NCBI GenBank assembly: GCA_964366085.1
Contig: CAYISM010000002.1
Span: forward strand, 1-60,468
Length of the DNA stretch: 60,468 bases
Source: an uncultured Gammaproteobacteria bacterium
GTDB lineage: Bacteria; Patescibacteriota; Microgenomatia; UBA8517
Direction: 5' to 3'
Shown: piece by piece, positions 44,544 to 52,742 of the stretch
How the letters are laid out: each line of letters begins with the position of its first letter
Numbering within the stretch: position 1 is the stretch's first letter
The notes under the pieces: model-generated
What the model was told of the DNA's origin: nothing
Database searches by the model: none
The model's input: the letters and a program-made list of their open reading frames with translations, nothing else
Made by a program: the position numbers and the translations under genes

Positions 44544-45633
44544 GCAAGCTTGCCGCTTCGCGGTAAACTTCAAGAGTCTCCTCTGCTGCTTTTTGCCAGG
44601 AAAATTCTTTAGCCCTCTTAATTCCCTTTTCTACCAGACCTTTCTTATTATCCAGCGCTTTTTTTATCCCCTCTGCTATCGAGTCAACACTAGATGGATC
44701 AACAAGTACCGCTGCATTCCCTGCAACCTCTGGCATACTTGAAACATCAGATGTTACAACTGGACATTTACAGGCAAAGGCTTCTAAAATCGGTAGTCCA
44801 AAGCCTTCGTAAATTGACGGATATACCAAGGTCTCCGCCCCAGAGTAAAGTGTAGCCTTTTCTTCGTTTGAAATATAACCCGTGTAAACTACCCCTCTTG
44901 TCTCTGAAATCTGATCCGTACCTCCGGCTACAACCAGTTTTAAATCTTTTCCTGGTCTGACTTTCTCAAAAGCGGAAATTATATTATCTGTATTTTTTCT
45001 AAGTCCCACACCAACAGCCAAAATGTAATCACCACTTATTCTGTATTTCCTTTTTAGATTTTCAACAGTTTCTTTACTTCGCTGTTTAAAAACCTCGTCA
45101 ACTCCTTCATAAATAACAACAATTTTCTTTTCAAGAATACCAAAATCTATAAGATCACTTTTTGTAGAATTTGAAGGCACTATTATTCTGTCTACCTCCT
45201 TCTTTACCCACTCTAATCGTGCTTTATGAGCCTCTGACACATTCCTAATAAAATCCCTCCCTCCAAGATCTGGAAACAATACAGGGGCAAGATCATGGAC
45301 TGCGGTTACTTTAAAAGCGGAGGTTGGTGGTTGACTCCAATCAGATGAATGAAACACGTCCACTTTTCCTATTAAAGCTTCTATTGGTAAAATGTGTAGT
45401 CGGTTCCAGATTAAATCAGCAATTGTCGGTGGGATAGGGAAAATTTTTCTTTTGAAGTTTCCTCTTAGACCATTAACCATTAGCCTTAAGTCATTAATTC
45501 TTCTTAGTGATCCACCAAAAAGTATATATTCGTTTTCCTTGTCAACGAGAAGTAGATTTTTAACCAGATTTTCGACGTAAGTCGAAACCCCGGTTCCATA
45601 AATTATTTGTGAGCAATCAATTGCAATTTTCAT
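44530..45633 (-). CDS. Glycosyltransferase family 4
   Basis: Contains YEGFGLPILEAFACKCPVVTSDVSSMPEV. The ATG at 45633 forms an ATGA overlap with the upstream stop. Confidence 0.88.
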   Translation of the reverse strand: MKIAIDCSQIIYGTGVSTYVENLVKNLLLVDKENEYILFGGSLRRINDLRLMVNGLRGNFKRKIFPIPPTIADLIWNRLHILPIEALIGKVDVFHSSDWSQPPTSAFKVTAVHDLAPVLFPDLGGRDFIRNVSEAHKARLEWVKKEVDRIIVPSNSTKSDLIDFGILEKKIVVIYEGVDEVFKQRSKETVENLKRKYRISGDYILAVGVGLRKNTDNIISAFEKVRPGKDLKLVVAGGTDQISETRGVVYTGYISNEEKATLYSGAETLVYPSIYEGFGLPILEAFACKCPVVTSDVSSMPEVAGNAAVLVDPSSVDSIAEGIKKALDNKKGLVEKGIKRAKEFSWQKAAEETLEVYREAASLLTKK

Positions 45634-46997
45634 TTTTGATATTTCCAAACAACTACTCCATTAAAATTATATTCTCGTATCTTTTTGAACTTTGCCATTT
45701 CAATCTTCTTCCTAAGCTTATCTTCCGGATCAAAAACGTCCTGCACATAACGCATGAGCCAAATCTCGCCTGTTTTATTCGAAAAACCCTCTGGGCCTGA
45801 TATTATAGCGTGAGGGACGTAATAACGATAGGCTTCCATTTGCGAATTGGCAGGAAAAAGAACTAGGCTATCTTTTCCACGATTTGCTTCTATCATCCCA
45901 ACCAATCTCCTCCAATCTTCTCTGCGAAATCGCGGATTGAATAAATAGGCGCCAGTTGAAAGTAAATTGACTGTCAATATAGTGACCAACGTGATATTTC
46001 GCCATTTCTTATCAAGCGATGAAATTCCTTTCGCCACAAGAAGATAAAATGCCGGAAGCACAAAAAGAAGTCTAAAGTATGAAAGGACCGAGACCTTAAG
46101 TCCGATAAGAATTATTAAAACTACTGGCACAAATAACCAAAGGGCGACAAGCTTGGTCTTTTCTTTCTTCGTGTTCTTGAAAGCCGCTAGGATCAGAAAT
46201 CCGAAAATCAAAAATAAAATTCCTAGAAGTAGGGGATAGGTGAGAGGATTTTCGATGCTTACCCTTCCAATAATAAACTTTACAGGAATTAGTAAAACTT
46301 CCTTAAATGTTGTGCGACCCAAAATATCCCACCAGGCAGAGGATCTAACAGATAAACCCCCCAGGAATTGTTTCCAAAATATCGGTGACCACGCTAAAGC
46401 TGCAACAAGAAGTGGTATTTGGGAAAGCAAAAAATTCTTCCACCAGTGAAAATTTCTGCGAAAAAGAATTCCCCAGATACCAAAAACAGTCAAAATCGTT
46501 ATTGGTAAATAATCCGTCAAAAAAATTAAGGGTAAGATTATTGAAAATAGGATCCAGAACTTTACTCTCCCCTCCTCCACCCTTGTGAAAAGATAAAAGG
46601 CTAAGGCGGCGAAAAAAGTTGCCATTACGTACATTCTTGCTTCCTGAGAATAGTAAACATGAAGCCCGGATGTAGCTAAAAGTAGCGCCGCAACCACTCC
46701 CACCTTACTATCAAAGAGTTTCTTTCCTATCAGAAAGACGACATAGACTGTGGCTAATCCAAAAACAACCGAGAGCATCCTTGCCGAAACTTCATTTAAA
46801 CCGAACATCTGGGTCCAGGTCTTAAGCAAGACGTAATAAAGCGGCGGATGAAAGTCGCCGGGAGAGAATTTGGTAATTATCTGGCTAAAACTTAAATCTC
46901 TGGCAACTACTGCCGAGGTTGTTTCATCAAGCCAAAAAGACTGATTGAGAGAAATTAGTCTAAGTATAAGTCCGAATATAATTATTAGAAAAATCAT
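45630..46997 (-). CDS. GT-C fold membrane glycosyltransferase (GT39/ArnT-like)
   Basis: SFWLDETTSAVVARD...DFHPPLYYVLLKTW...EVSARMLSVVFG is a typical PMT_2/ArnT-like N-terminus. Confidence 0.72.
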   Translation of the reverse strand: MIFLIIIFGLILRLISLNQSFWLDETTSAVVARDLSFSQIITKFSPGDFHPPLYYVLLKTWTQMFGLNEVSARMLSVVFGLATVYVVFLIGKKLFDSKVGVVAALLLATSGLHVYYSQEARMYVMATFFAALAFYLFTRVEEGRVKFWILFSIILPLIFLTDYLPITILTVFGIWGILFRRNFHWWKNFLLSQIPLLVAALAWSPIFWKQFLGGLSVRSSAWWDILGRTTFKEVLLIPVKFIIGRVSIENPLTYPLLLGILFLIFGFLILAAFKNTKKEKTKLVALWLFVPVVLIILIGLKVSVLSYFRLLFVLPAFYLLVAKGISSLDKKWRNITLVTILTVNLLSTGAYLFNPRFRREDWRRLVGMIEANRGKDSLVLFPANSQMEAYRYYVPHAIISGPEGFSNKTGEIWLMRYVQDVFDPEDKLRKKIEMAKFKKIREYNFNGVVVWKYQK

Positions 46998-47812
46998 TGG
47001 TTTATAGAATTTAATATCTTAGCGACTCCAGCAATTTTATCCTTTCCTATAGTCTGATCCCAAGAAAAAACCGCGACACCGATTGACGGCGGAGTTAAAG
47101 CTTGTCGAACTTCTTCCTTTATTTCAGTAAGTGTAAGCTTGTCATCTAAATCATCTGGCATATCTTTTAGTTGAACGATGGGCAAAATTTTGGCTTTCAT
47201 TTTTAATGACGCAAGATATCCTATATATTCTCCAATATAGCTAACCGGTTTATTTATCATCCTGTGATAAAGCATTGGACTTACATAGTCAAAAATATTG
47301 CATAGTTGTGAATGGTTTTGGCCAAGTTCAGTCTGCAATCGCCCTTCGAAATCCCTTGATGTACATGGAACAGCAAAATATCCAATTTTTATATTAGATG
47401 GAATTTCTTCTCGAAGATTTTGTGCCAGATCTTTTATGACCAAGGTTCTGTCTTTCCCTTTACAAAACTCACATCCGATGTGTGTTCCTACAAGTTCGTT
47501 TTTTAATCGTTCCCACTTTCCCTCGAATCTCAAATGGTCAAACCAAATAACATCCGGATTCCAGATAAGTGCGTCTCCGACTTTCTTAAGCAAATAATTT
47601 TTCCCCTCGGAAGAGACAGGGCAAATGTTTGCTCCGGGAAAAGAAACAAGAGAAATACCGAATTTAAAGCCAAGCCTTTTTATTTGTTGGACTCTCTGTT
47701 CATTCAACTTTTCCAATGAAGCCATAACGAAGAAGGCTTTTGGATATTTCAATTCGTCGTCAGTAAAATCCCTGAATTTATACTCAAGAAATAGGGAAAC
47801 TTCTTTTCTCAT
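46994..47812 (-). CDS. Hypothetical cytoplasmic protein, possibly TIM-barrel glycoside-hydrolase-like
   Basis: 272 aa. FDYVSPMLYH is reminiscent of GH-like DUF families, but the assignment is weak. Confidence 0.6.
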   Translation of the reverse strand: MRKEVSLFLEYKFRDFTDDELKYPKAFFVMASLEKLNEQRVQQIKRLGFKFGISLVSFPGANICPVSSEGKNYLLKKVGDALIWNPDVIWFDHLRFEGKWERLKNELVGTHIGCEFCKGKDRTLVIKDLAQNLREEIPSNIKIGYFAVPCTSRDFEGRLQTELGQNHSQLCNIFDYVSPMLYHRMINKPVSYIGEYIGYLASLKMKAKILPIVQLKDMPDDLDDKLTLTEIKEEVRQALTPPSIGVAVFSWDQTIGKDKIAGVAKILNSINQ

Positions 47813-48657
47813 TTTGATATTTTACCAAGAATTAAGTATTCCAAAATTCCGATAAATGCCCCGAAGTCAGAAACAATTTTGAAAACAAAAAACTCCGGTA
47901 GCATGTAGTATGTAGCAAGTAGCATGCCGACTATTAATGAAATAGGAAATGAAACCCGGATTAGAGCTACCAAGCTACCTAAAGCACCTAATTTGTATCT
48001 CCGCTTTGCCATCCACTTTGATTGAATAAAAATCTCGGATAAAGTTTCCGGATTTTTATGATAAAAAATTGCGCCGGGTGCTGCGACCGCTTCAATTCCC
48101 AGCTTTTCTGAGAGCGACCAATCATCTGTGTAACCTGCTTTCTCGTCAAATCCTCCCGCTTTTCCAAATTCCTCTTTTAAAATCGCTCTAAAAACCTTTT
48201 GTATATTCGGATAATTCTCGATGTGCATTTTTTCCGGAGGAAGTCCCCTATTTATATTCCAACATCTTGCCCAAACGTTATCTTTATTTGCCAAATATTC
48301 TTCTTTGCTAAACGTTCCAATAGTTTTTGCGTCAATAATCGGTCTCACCAAATTCTTGATGAAGTCCTTATGAAATGTCATATCACTATCAACAAAAACT
48401 AAAATCTCGCCTTTTGCATGCTTTACCCCCAAATTTCTCGCAGCCCCCGCTCCTTGATGTTTCTGACGAAGCAAGTTAATTGATTGATTTGTTAATTGGT
48501 TGATTTGTAAAACAGAGGCAACTGTTCGATCGGTCGAACCATCATCAATTACAATAATTTCAACCTCCTTGTAGTTTTGTTTTGCCAACGAAGTCAAACA
48601 ATCCCTTATTGTTTTTTCTTCATTGTAAGTTGGTATAACAACCGATACTTTAGTCAT
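47809..48657 (-). CDS. Glycosyltransferase family 2 with a C-terminal membrane anchor
   Basis: Contains VSVVIPTYNEE, DDGSTDRT and VDSDM. Confidence 0.88.
   Translation of the reverse strand: MTKVSVVIPTYNEEKTIRDCLTSLAKQNYKEVEIIVIDDGSTDRTVASVLQINQLTNQSINLLRQKHQGAGAARNLGVKHAKGEILVFVDSDMTFHKDFIKNLVRPIIDAKTIGTFSKEEYLANKDNVWARCWNINRGLPPEKMHIENYPNIQKVFRAILKEEFGKAGGFDEKAGYTDDWSLSEKLGIEAVAAPGAIFYHKNPETLSEIFIQSKWMAKRRYKLGALGSLVALIRVSFPISLIVGMLLATYYMLPEFFVFKIVSDFGAFIGILEYLILGKISK
47898..47925. repeat. Imperfect heptad array (GTAGNNN)x4 inside the GT2 CDS
   Basis: Reads GTAGCAT GTAGTAT GTAGCAA GTAGCAT and encodes MLLATYYML. It is 24/25 nt identical to 50715..50739. Confidence 0.85.
48475..48510. repeat. 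16-nt tandem repeat (2.25 units) inside the GT2 CDS
   Basis: Reads gttaattgattgattt gttaattggttgattt gtaa and encodes QINQLTNQSIN. Confidence 0.8.
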
Positions 48658-49718
48658 AAATTTTCAAACAAACCTTCGTATTGTTTTACTATCTTGTCCC
48701 AAGAAAATTTCTCTGCCTGACGTCTGGGTTTATCTCCCCAATTTGTGTTTAGAGCTTTTTCTATGGCTTGAGCATAGGCCTTGATATCTGTGGGGTCAAC
48801 GAACAAGCCGGCATCCCCCACTATTTCCCGGCGGATGGGGTCATCATTGGCCACTACAGGTAATCCGGATGCCATGGCTTCTAACAGAACTATGCCAAAC
48901 GCTTCCCAAGAACTGGTGGGGTAGGTAAAAAGATCACAAGCTGTATATACTTTGGGCATTTGGTCGTATGGAAGAGAAATAATTTTAAATCTTCCCTTAA
49001 GATATGTATCCCCAAGTTTTTGCAATTGATCCTTCCCCTCTCCTTCGCCCACTAGAAGGAGCGAACCCATGGGTAATTGGCTCACGGCTTTGATCAGCAG
49101 GTCTTGTCTTTTCATCCATGACCACATGGCTCCAACGCATAAAATAATGGGGTGAGGAAGATGGACTTCCAGAGGTTTGGCCTGTGGGGAAAATTTTCCG
49201 GTATCGACCCCGTTGGGAATTTTAACAAGCTGCTTAAGAAAAGGATTGGCAGATTTAGCCCAGTCACGCTGAAAACTAGACAACGGTACAAATACGTCCG
49301 GAAAGCTCCAAAGAGCGATTCTCTCGTCTATTCCTGGACCGGCGTGGCCAGAAATAATCATTTTGGCGTGATGCTGCGTGGCCCAGAGCCGGCTTAATAT
49401 CCCCTGCCAACGGTTGTTGGTAGGAATTATTATTTGGGTATCTGAATCAACTAAGGCTAAGGATTTGACGGCGAATTCTCTGCCGGCCAAAATGTCTTTT
49501 ACTTGATTTATGCCGGCGGCCAGTAAACCTTGGGATGAAAATTTAACTTTAATTGAGACCGTTACTGTTTTATATTTCACTCCTTTTACGGGTGGACCAG
49601 TTTGATAAACCGTAACTTTATGACCGAGAGAAGTTAATTGATTTGAGAGTTCATGAACGAAAGCTTCCACTCCCCTATCGAGTAACCCCGAATAAAAACT
49701 TAAAAATGCAATTTTCAT
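48654..49718 (-). CDS. Glycosyltransferase family 4
   Basis: Contains WEAFGIVLLEAMASGLPVVANDDP. The ATG at 49718 is preferred over 49739. Confidence 0.86.
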   Translation of the reverse strand: MKIAFLSFYSGLLDRGVEAFVHELSNQLTSLGHKVTVYQTGPPVKGVKYKTVTVSIKVKFSSQGLLAAGINQVKDILAGREFAVKSLALVDSDTQIIIPTNNRWQGILSRLWATQHHAKMIISGHAGPGIDERIALWSFPDVFVPLSSFQRDWAKSANPFLKQLVKIPNGVDTGKFSPQAKPLEVHLPHPIILCVGAMWSWMKRQDLLIKAVSQLPMGSLLLVGEGEGKDQLQKLGDTYLKGRFKIISLPYDQMPKVYTACDLFTYPTSSWEAFGIVLLEAMASGLPVVANDDPIRREIVGDAGLFVDPTDIKAYAQAIEKALNTNWGDKPRRQAEKFSWDKIVKQYEGLFENL

Positions 49719-49731
49719 ACTTCGGTTCCTT

Positions 49732-51132
49732 TCACTCACTCAGGGCAAGTTTTCTTTGCCATAGCCAAATTCCAGAACTGACCTCTTCTTTCTTGATATA
49801 GTTTTCTTCTATCCAGTTTTTAATCTTTTTGGGTTGGTAGACTCCTAAGTCGTGCCAATTCCCCTTGAGAGGCTTCTGCCAAAATATACTCTCAGGAGGG
49901 TCTTTTGCCCATCCAGAAATTATTTCTTCTTGAACTCCCGGAATTTCCAAATACCAGCCAAAATTATCAGTCCAACGTTTTGGCGGAACTCTTCCAGCGA
50001 AAACATATAAAGTTGAGTATGGCCCAAGAAGGAAAATTTTATCGTCCGGATTTGTTCTTTGAAAAATTAATTCACCTAACTTAATATCTTTTTCTCCCCA
50101 AAACCTCGGCTCCTTTTTCCAATCAGAAATCACAGTTGGCCGGATAATTATTATTGCGATTAATACAAAGTACATAGCGCAGAGTGCATAGATAAATTTG
50201 CTTTTAATCCTACCGGCTAAGTATCCAAAAAGAATTGCGATAAATGCCAGTACCAGCTGAAGGTGAAAAAAGGAAAAACGGGGATAGACCAGTGCAAAAG
50301 AAAGTAGCAAGTAGCAGGTAGTAAATAGCATGGGTTTGTTCGCAAGAAAACTTTTCCAGGACTTAACTAACAAAAGAACTAGAGGCAGAATAAGGAGTGC
50401 AAGTGTCAAAAGCTGATGATTCGACAAAGTCATTTGAACATAACCCGGAAATTTACTCCAATAAGTGAGCGGATAAATAAGCGTCCAGTTGATAAAATTC
50501 GCTAGCGAATTTTCAGCAATCAGTCTAAGTATAAGTACAAGTCCAAGAAACATCGGCCCCAGAAGAAGATATAGCGTGGGCTTGAACTTCCTATTCCTAT
50601 ATACTATATACAATATACTAAATACCAAATACAACCCCGCTGTTTGTTTAATCAAAGCGGCAACTCCTAATGCAAATCCGATGATAATTAAATTCTTGGG
50701 AGAACTTTTTTGTAGCAGGTAGTATGTAGCAAGTAGTACGGGAGGAACTATTGCCAGATCAAACCAAAGCTGGTTTCCCTCCAGGAACGGCTGAAGTAGG
50801 ATGTAGGATGTAAGACTTAAGATTACACTTAAATTATTTTTTGTTATTTTTCTAACGATTGCAACAATTAGTAAGTCGTTTACTAAGATAATTGTCCAAG
50901 TAAAAATCTTTAGAACTAGGAGTTTATATCCAAAAACTTTATAAAGAAAGGCGAGTGCCATGGTAAGAATTGGCGGATAAGGGTGAATCATATCCTTGTA
51001 GAGCAAAAATCCATTATTGCGAAGATACGCATACGAAATCATCTCCGGCCAGACAGTAAACTGCAGATTAAAAAGCAAAAAAAGATGTAAACCCAAAAGG
51101 CAAACAAAAAAGACGATAATTTTTTTTGACAT
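49732..51132 (-). CDS. Polytopic membrane protein, GT-C-like putative glycosyltransferase
   Basis: 466 aa with at least 10 TM helices and a C-terminal soluble domain. It carries three CTAC-heptad arrays. Confidence 0.6.
   Translation of the reverse strand: MSKKIIVFFVCLLGLHLFLLFNLQFTVWPEMISYAYLRNNGFLLYKDMIHPYPPILTMALAFLYKVFGYKLLVLKIFTWTIILVNDLLIVAIVRKITKNNLSVILSLTSYILLQPFLEGNQLWFDLAIVPPVLLATYYLLQKSSPKNLIIIGFALGVAALIKQTAGLYLVFSILYIVYRNRKFKPTLYLLLGPMFLGLVLILRLIAENSLANFINWTLIYPLTYWSKFPGYVQMTLSNHQLLTLALLILPLVLLLVKSWKSFLANKPMLFTTCYLLLSFALVYPRFSFFHLQLVLAFIAILFGYLAGRIKSKFIYALCAMYFVLIAIIIIRPTVISDWKKEPRFWGEKDIKLGELIFQRTNPDDKIFLLGPYSTLYVFAGRVPPKRWTDNFGWYLEIPGVQEEIISGWAKDPPESIFWQKPLKGNWHDLGVYQPKKIKNWIEENYIKKEEVSSGIWLWQRKLALSE
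50304..50331. repeat. Heptad array GTAGCAA GTAGCAG GTAGTAA ATAGCAT
   Basis: Lies inside CDS 49732..51132 and encodes MLFTTCYLL. Confidence 0.8.
50712..50739. repeat. Heptad array GTAGCAG GTAGTAT GTAGCAA GTAGTAC
   Basis: Lies inside CDS 49732..51132 and encodes VLLATYYLL. Confidence 0.85.
50796..50816. repeat. Heptad array GTAGGAT GTAGGAT GTAAGAC
   Basis: Lies inside CDS 49732..51132 and encodes LTSYILL. Confidence 0.75.
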
Positions 51133-51212
51133 ATATACTTATTTTTGTTAATATAAACGCAGGTTGGATGCTTTGGCGACCACCGCTCGTAATTGACGGT
51201 CTGAACCAGACA

Positions 51213-51686
51213 TTATCTCCTCACACGAGATCTCCAGCCTTTTTTATTTGATTTGAATAAGATAAGCACTTCTTCTGAATTGACAACCATATCTGGTTTT
51301 ATTTTTCCTCTGTATGTTTCTATGGCAATCTTGTGAGCAGGACTATTTTTTGTAATTTCCATAAAATGTATTTGTGGGGAAAGTTTCTGAAACTTCCTGT
51401 AAAAATTAACTAAAATCAATTTTATTGTTGCCTCATGCCCAGGATACTCTTTATCAATTATTACCTCGCTTATTTTTTCGCCTTTTAAAAGCAAATAAAT
51501 TAAGGCTGCAAACAATTTATATATAAATACTTTTTTGGGGTAATCCTGTTTTCTTAATACCAAAATTGCTTTTCTCTTTTCCCTGCCAGCAATTTTGAGA
51601 GTCTTCGTCTTGCCATTTGCAACAGCAACTATTGTAAGACTGCTCGTATCCTCAACTTTGCCAGACTGATCAATTTGATATACCAC
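51213..51686 (-). CDS. Hypothetical protein
   Basis: 157 aa, MVYQIDQSGKVEDTS..., with one central hydrophobic segment. No family recognised. Confidence 0.6.
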   Translation of the reverse strand: MVYQIDQSGKVEDTSSLTIVAVANGKTKTLKIAGREKRKAILVLRKQDYPKKVFIYKLFAALIYLLLKGEKISEVIIDKEYPGHEATIKLILVNFYRKFQKLSPQIHFMEITKNSPAHKIAIETYRGKIKPDMVVNSEEVLILFKSNKKGWRSRVRR

Positions 51687-51714
51687 TAAACAATTTTACC
51701 ATTCTAGAAGCATC

Positions 51715-51723
51715 TGATAAAAT
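51715..51723 (+). promoter_or_regulatory. Extended -10 (TGaTAAAAT) 6 nt upstream of the ATG at 51730
   Basis: Reads cTGaTAAAATtcaactATG with no SD. Confidence 0.45.
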
Positions 51724-51729
51724 TCAACT

Positions 51730-52332
51730 ATGATTAAGGTTGTTGCTTTTGATTTTGGTGGAGTAATGGGTTCAGAATCTGATGACTTCGAAAACACATT
51801 CAAGAAGATTTCCGAACTGTCCGGACTAACAACGGAAAGACTTCATTCTATTTTTGATAATCATTGGCCGAAACTTAAAATAGGAAAAGAATCAACAAAA
51901 AACTTTTGGAAAGATGTTCTCAGAGAATCTAGTAAACATATTGCTGGAAATGATTTAGAAAAAGAATACGAATCAAATATATTTATAGATAAAGAAATGT
52001 TAAAAATAGTAGATGAGGTAAAAAAGAAAAATTATAGAATCGTGCTGCTTCCGAATGAAACAAAAGAATGGATAGACTATAAAATTAAAAGATTCCAACT
52101 GAATATGATATTCGACAAAATTTACTGCTCCGCCTACCTTGCAATCGGTAAGCCCAATAAAGAAATCTTCGAATATGTACTAAAAGATCTAATGATAAAA
52201 CCTGAAGAACTTTTGTTTATAGACAACCAAGAAAATAACATTGAGGTAGCAAGATCATTGGGTATAAATTCAATACTCTACACAAATTCACAAAAGGCAA
52301 AAGGGGAAATTATGCGTTCCCTTTCCATCTAA
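51730..52332 (+). CDS. HAD-superfamily hydrolase (subfamily IA-like)
   Basis: Begins MIKVVAFDFGGVM (motif I) and has an FIDNQENN (motif IV-like) region. 200 aa. Confidence 0.78.
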   Translation: MIKVVAFDFGGVMGSESDDFENTFKKISELSGLTTERLHSIFDNHWPKLKIGKESTKNFWKDVLRESSKHIAGNDLEKEYESNIFIDKEMLKIVDEVKKKNYRIVLLPNETKEWIDYKIKRFQLNMIFDKIYCSAYLAIGKPNKEIFEYVLKDLMIKPEELLFIDNQENNIEVARSLGINSILYTNSQKAKGEIMRSLSI

Positions 52333-52678
52333 CTTGGAATCCTACCAAAGGCCTGTTCGACCTAACCGGACTTTTGAAAGATGTATTAATTCCCTCTCTT
52401 GCTACCTTGAGAGTATCAGGTTCTGTTGTTGGTCTCCACATAATTCTATCCTCGATATCTTGAGGTATCACAATCTTACTGTAATTGATCTCAATCGTAT
52501 CTAAGTCTAGAACCTTAGTTTCTAATGTCTTGTAGTACACATTAGCTTTAGATAATACGCCATATTGTTCTTCGACTCTAAAACCTCCGGATAATCTAAA
52601 GCCCAACGATTTGGGGTTTGCTTTATATAAAACTTTTCCTGGATTCTGTTTTTCCCACTTACTAATAGGAATTCTCAA
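52310..52678 (-). CDS. Hypothetical protein
   Basis: 122 aa with a TTG start. Its 3' end overlaps the HAD gene convergently by 23 nt. Confidence 0.4.
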   Translation of the reverse strand: MRIPISKWEKQNPGKVLYKANPKSLGFRLSGGFRVEEQYGVLSKANVYYKTLETKVLDLDTIEINYSKIVIPQDIEDRIMWRPTTEPDTLKVAREGINTSFKSPVRSNRPLVGFQVRWKGNA

Positions 52679-52742
52679 TGTGTACGGGAAAATATTTTCC
52701 TTGCTTCTATTGTCATAAACCTAGCGTGTATTATACAGGGTT

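Noticed and set aside
44544-44742. C-terminal 65 codons of the 172-aa plus-strand ORF (xth)
   Set aside because: ExoIII similarity ends near 44528. The remainder is the shadow frame of the minus-strand GT4 gene.
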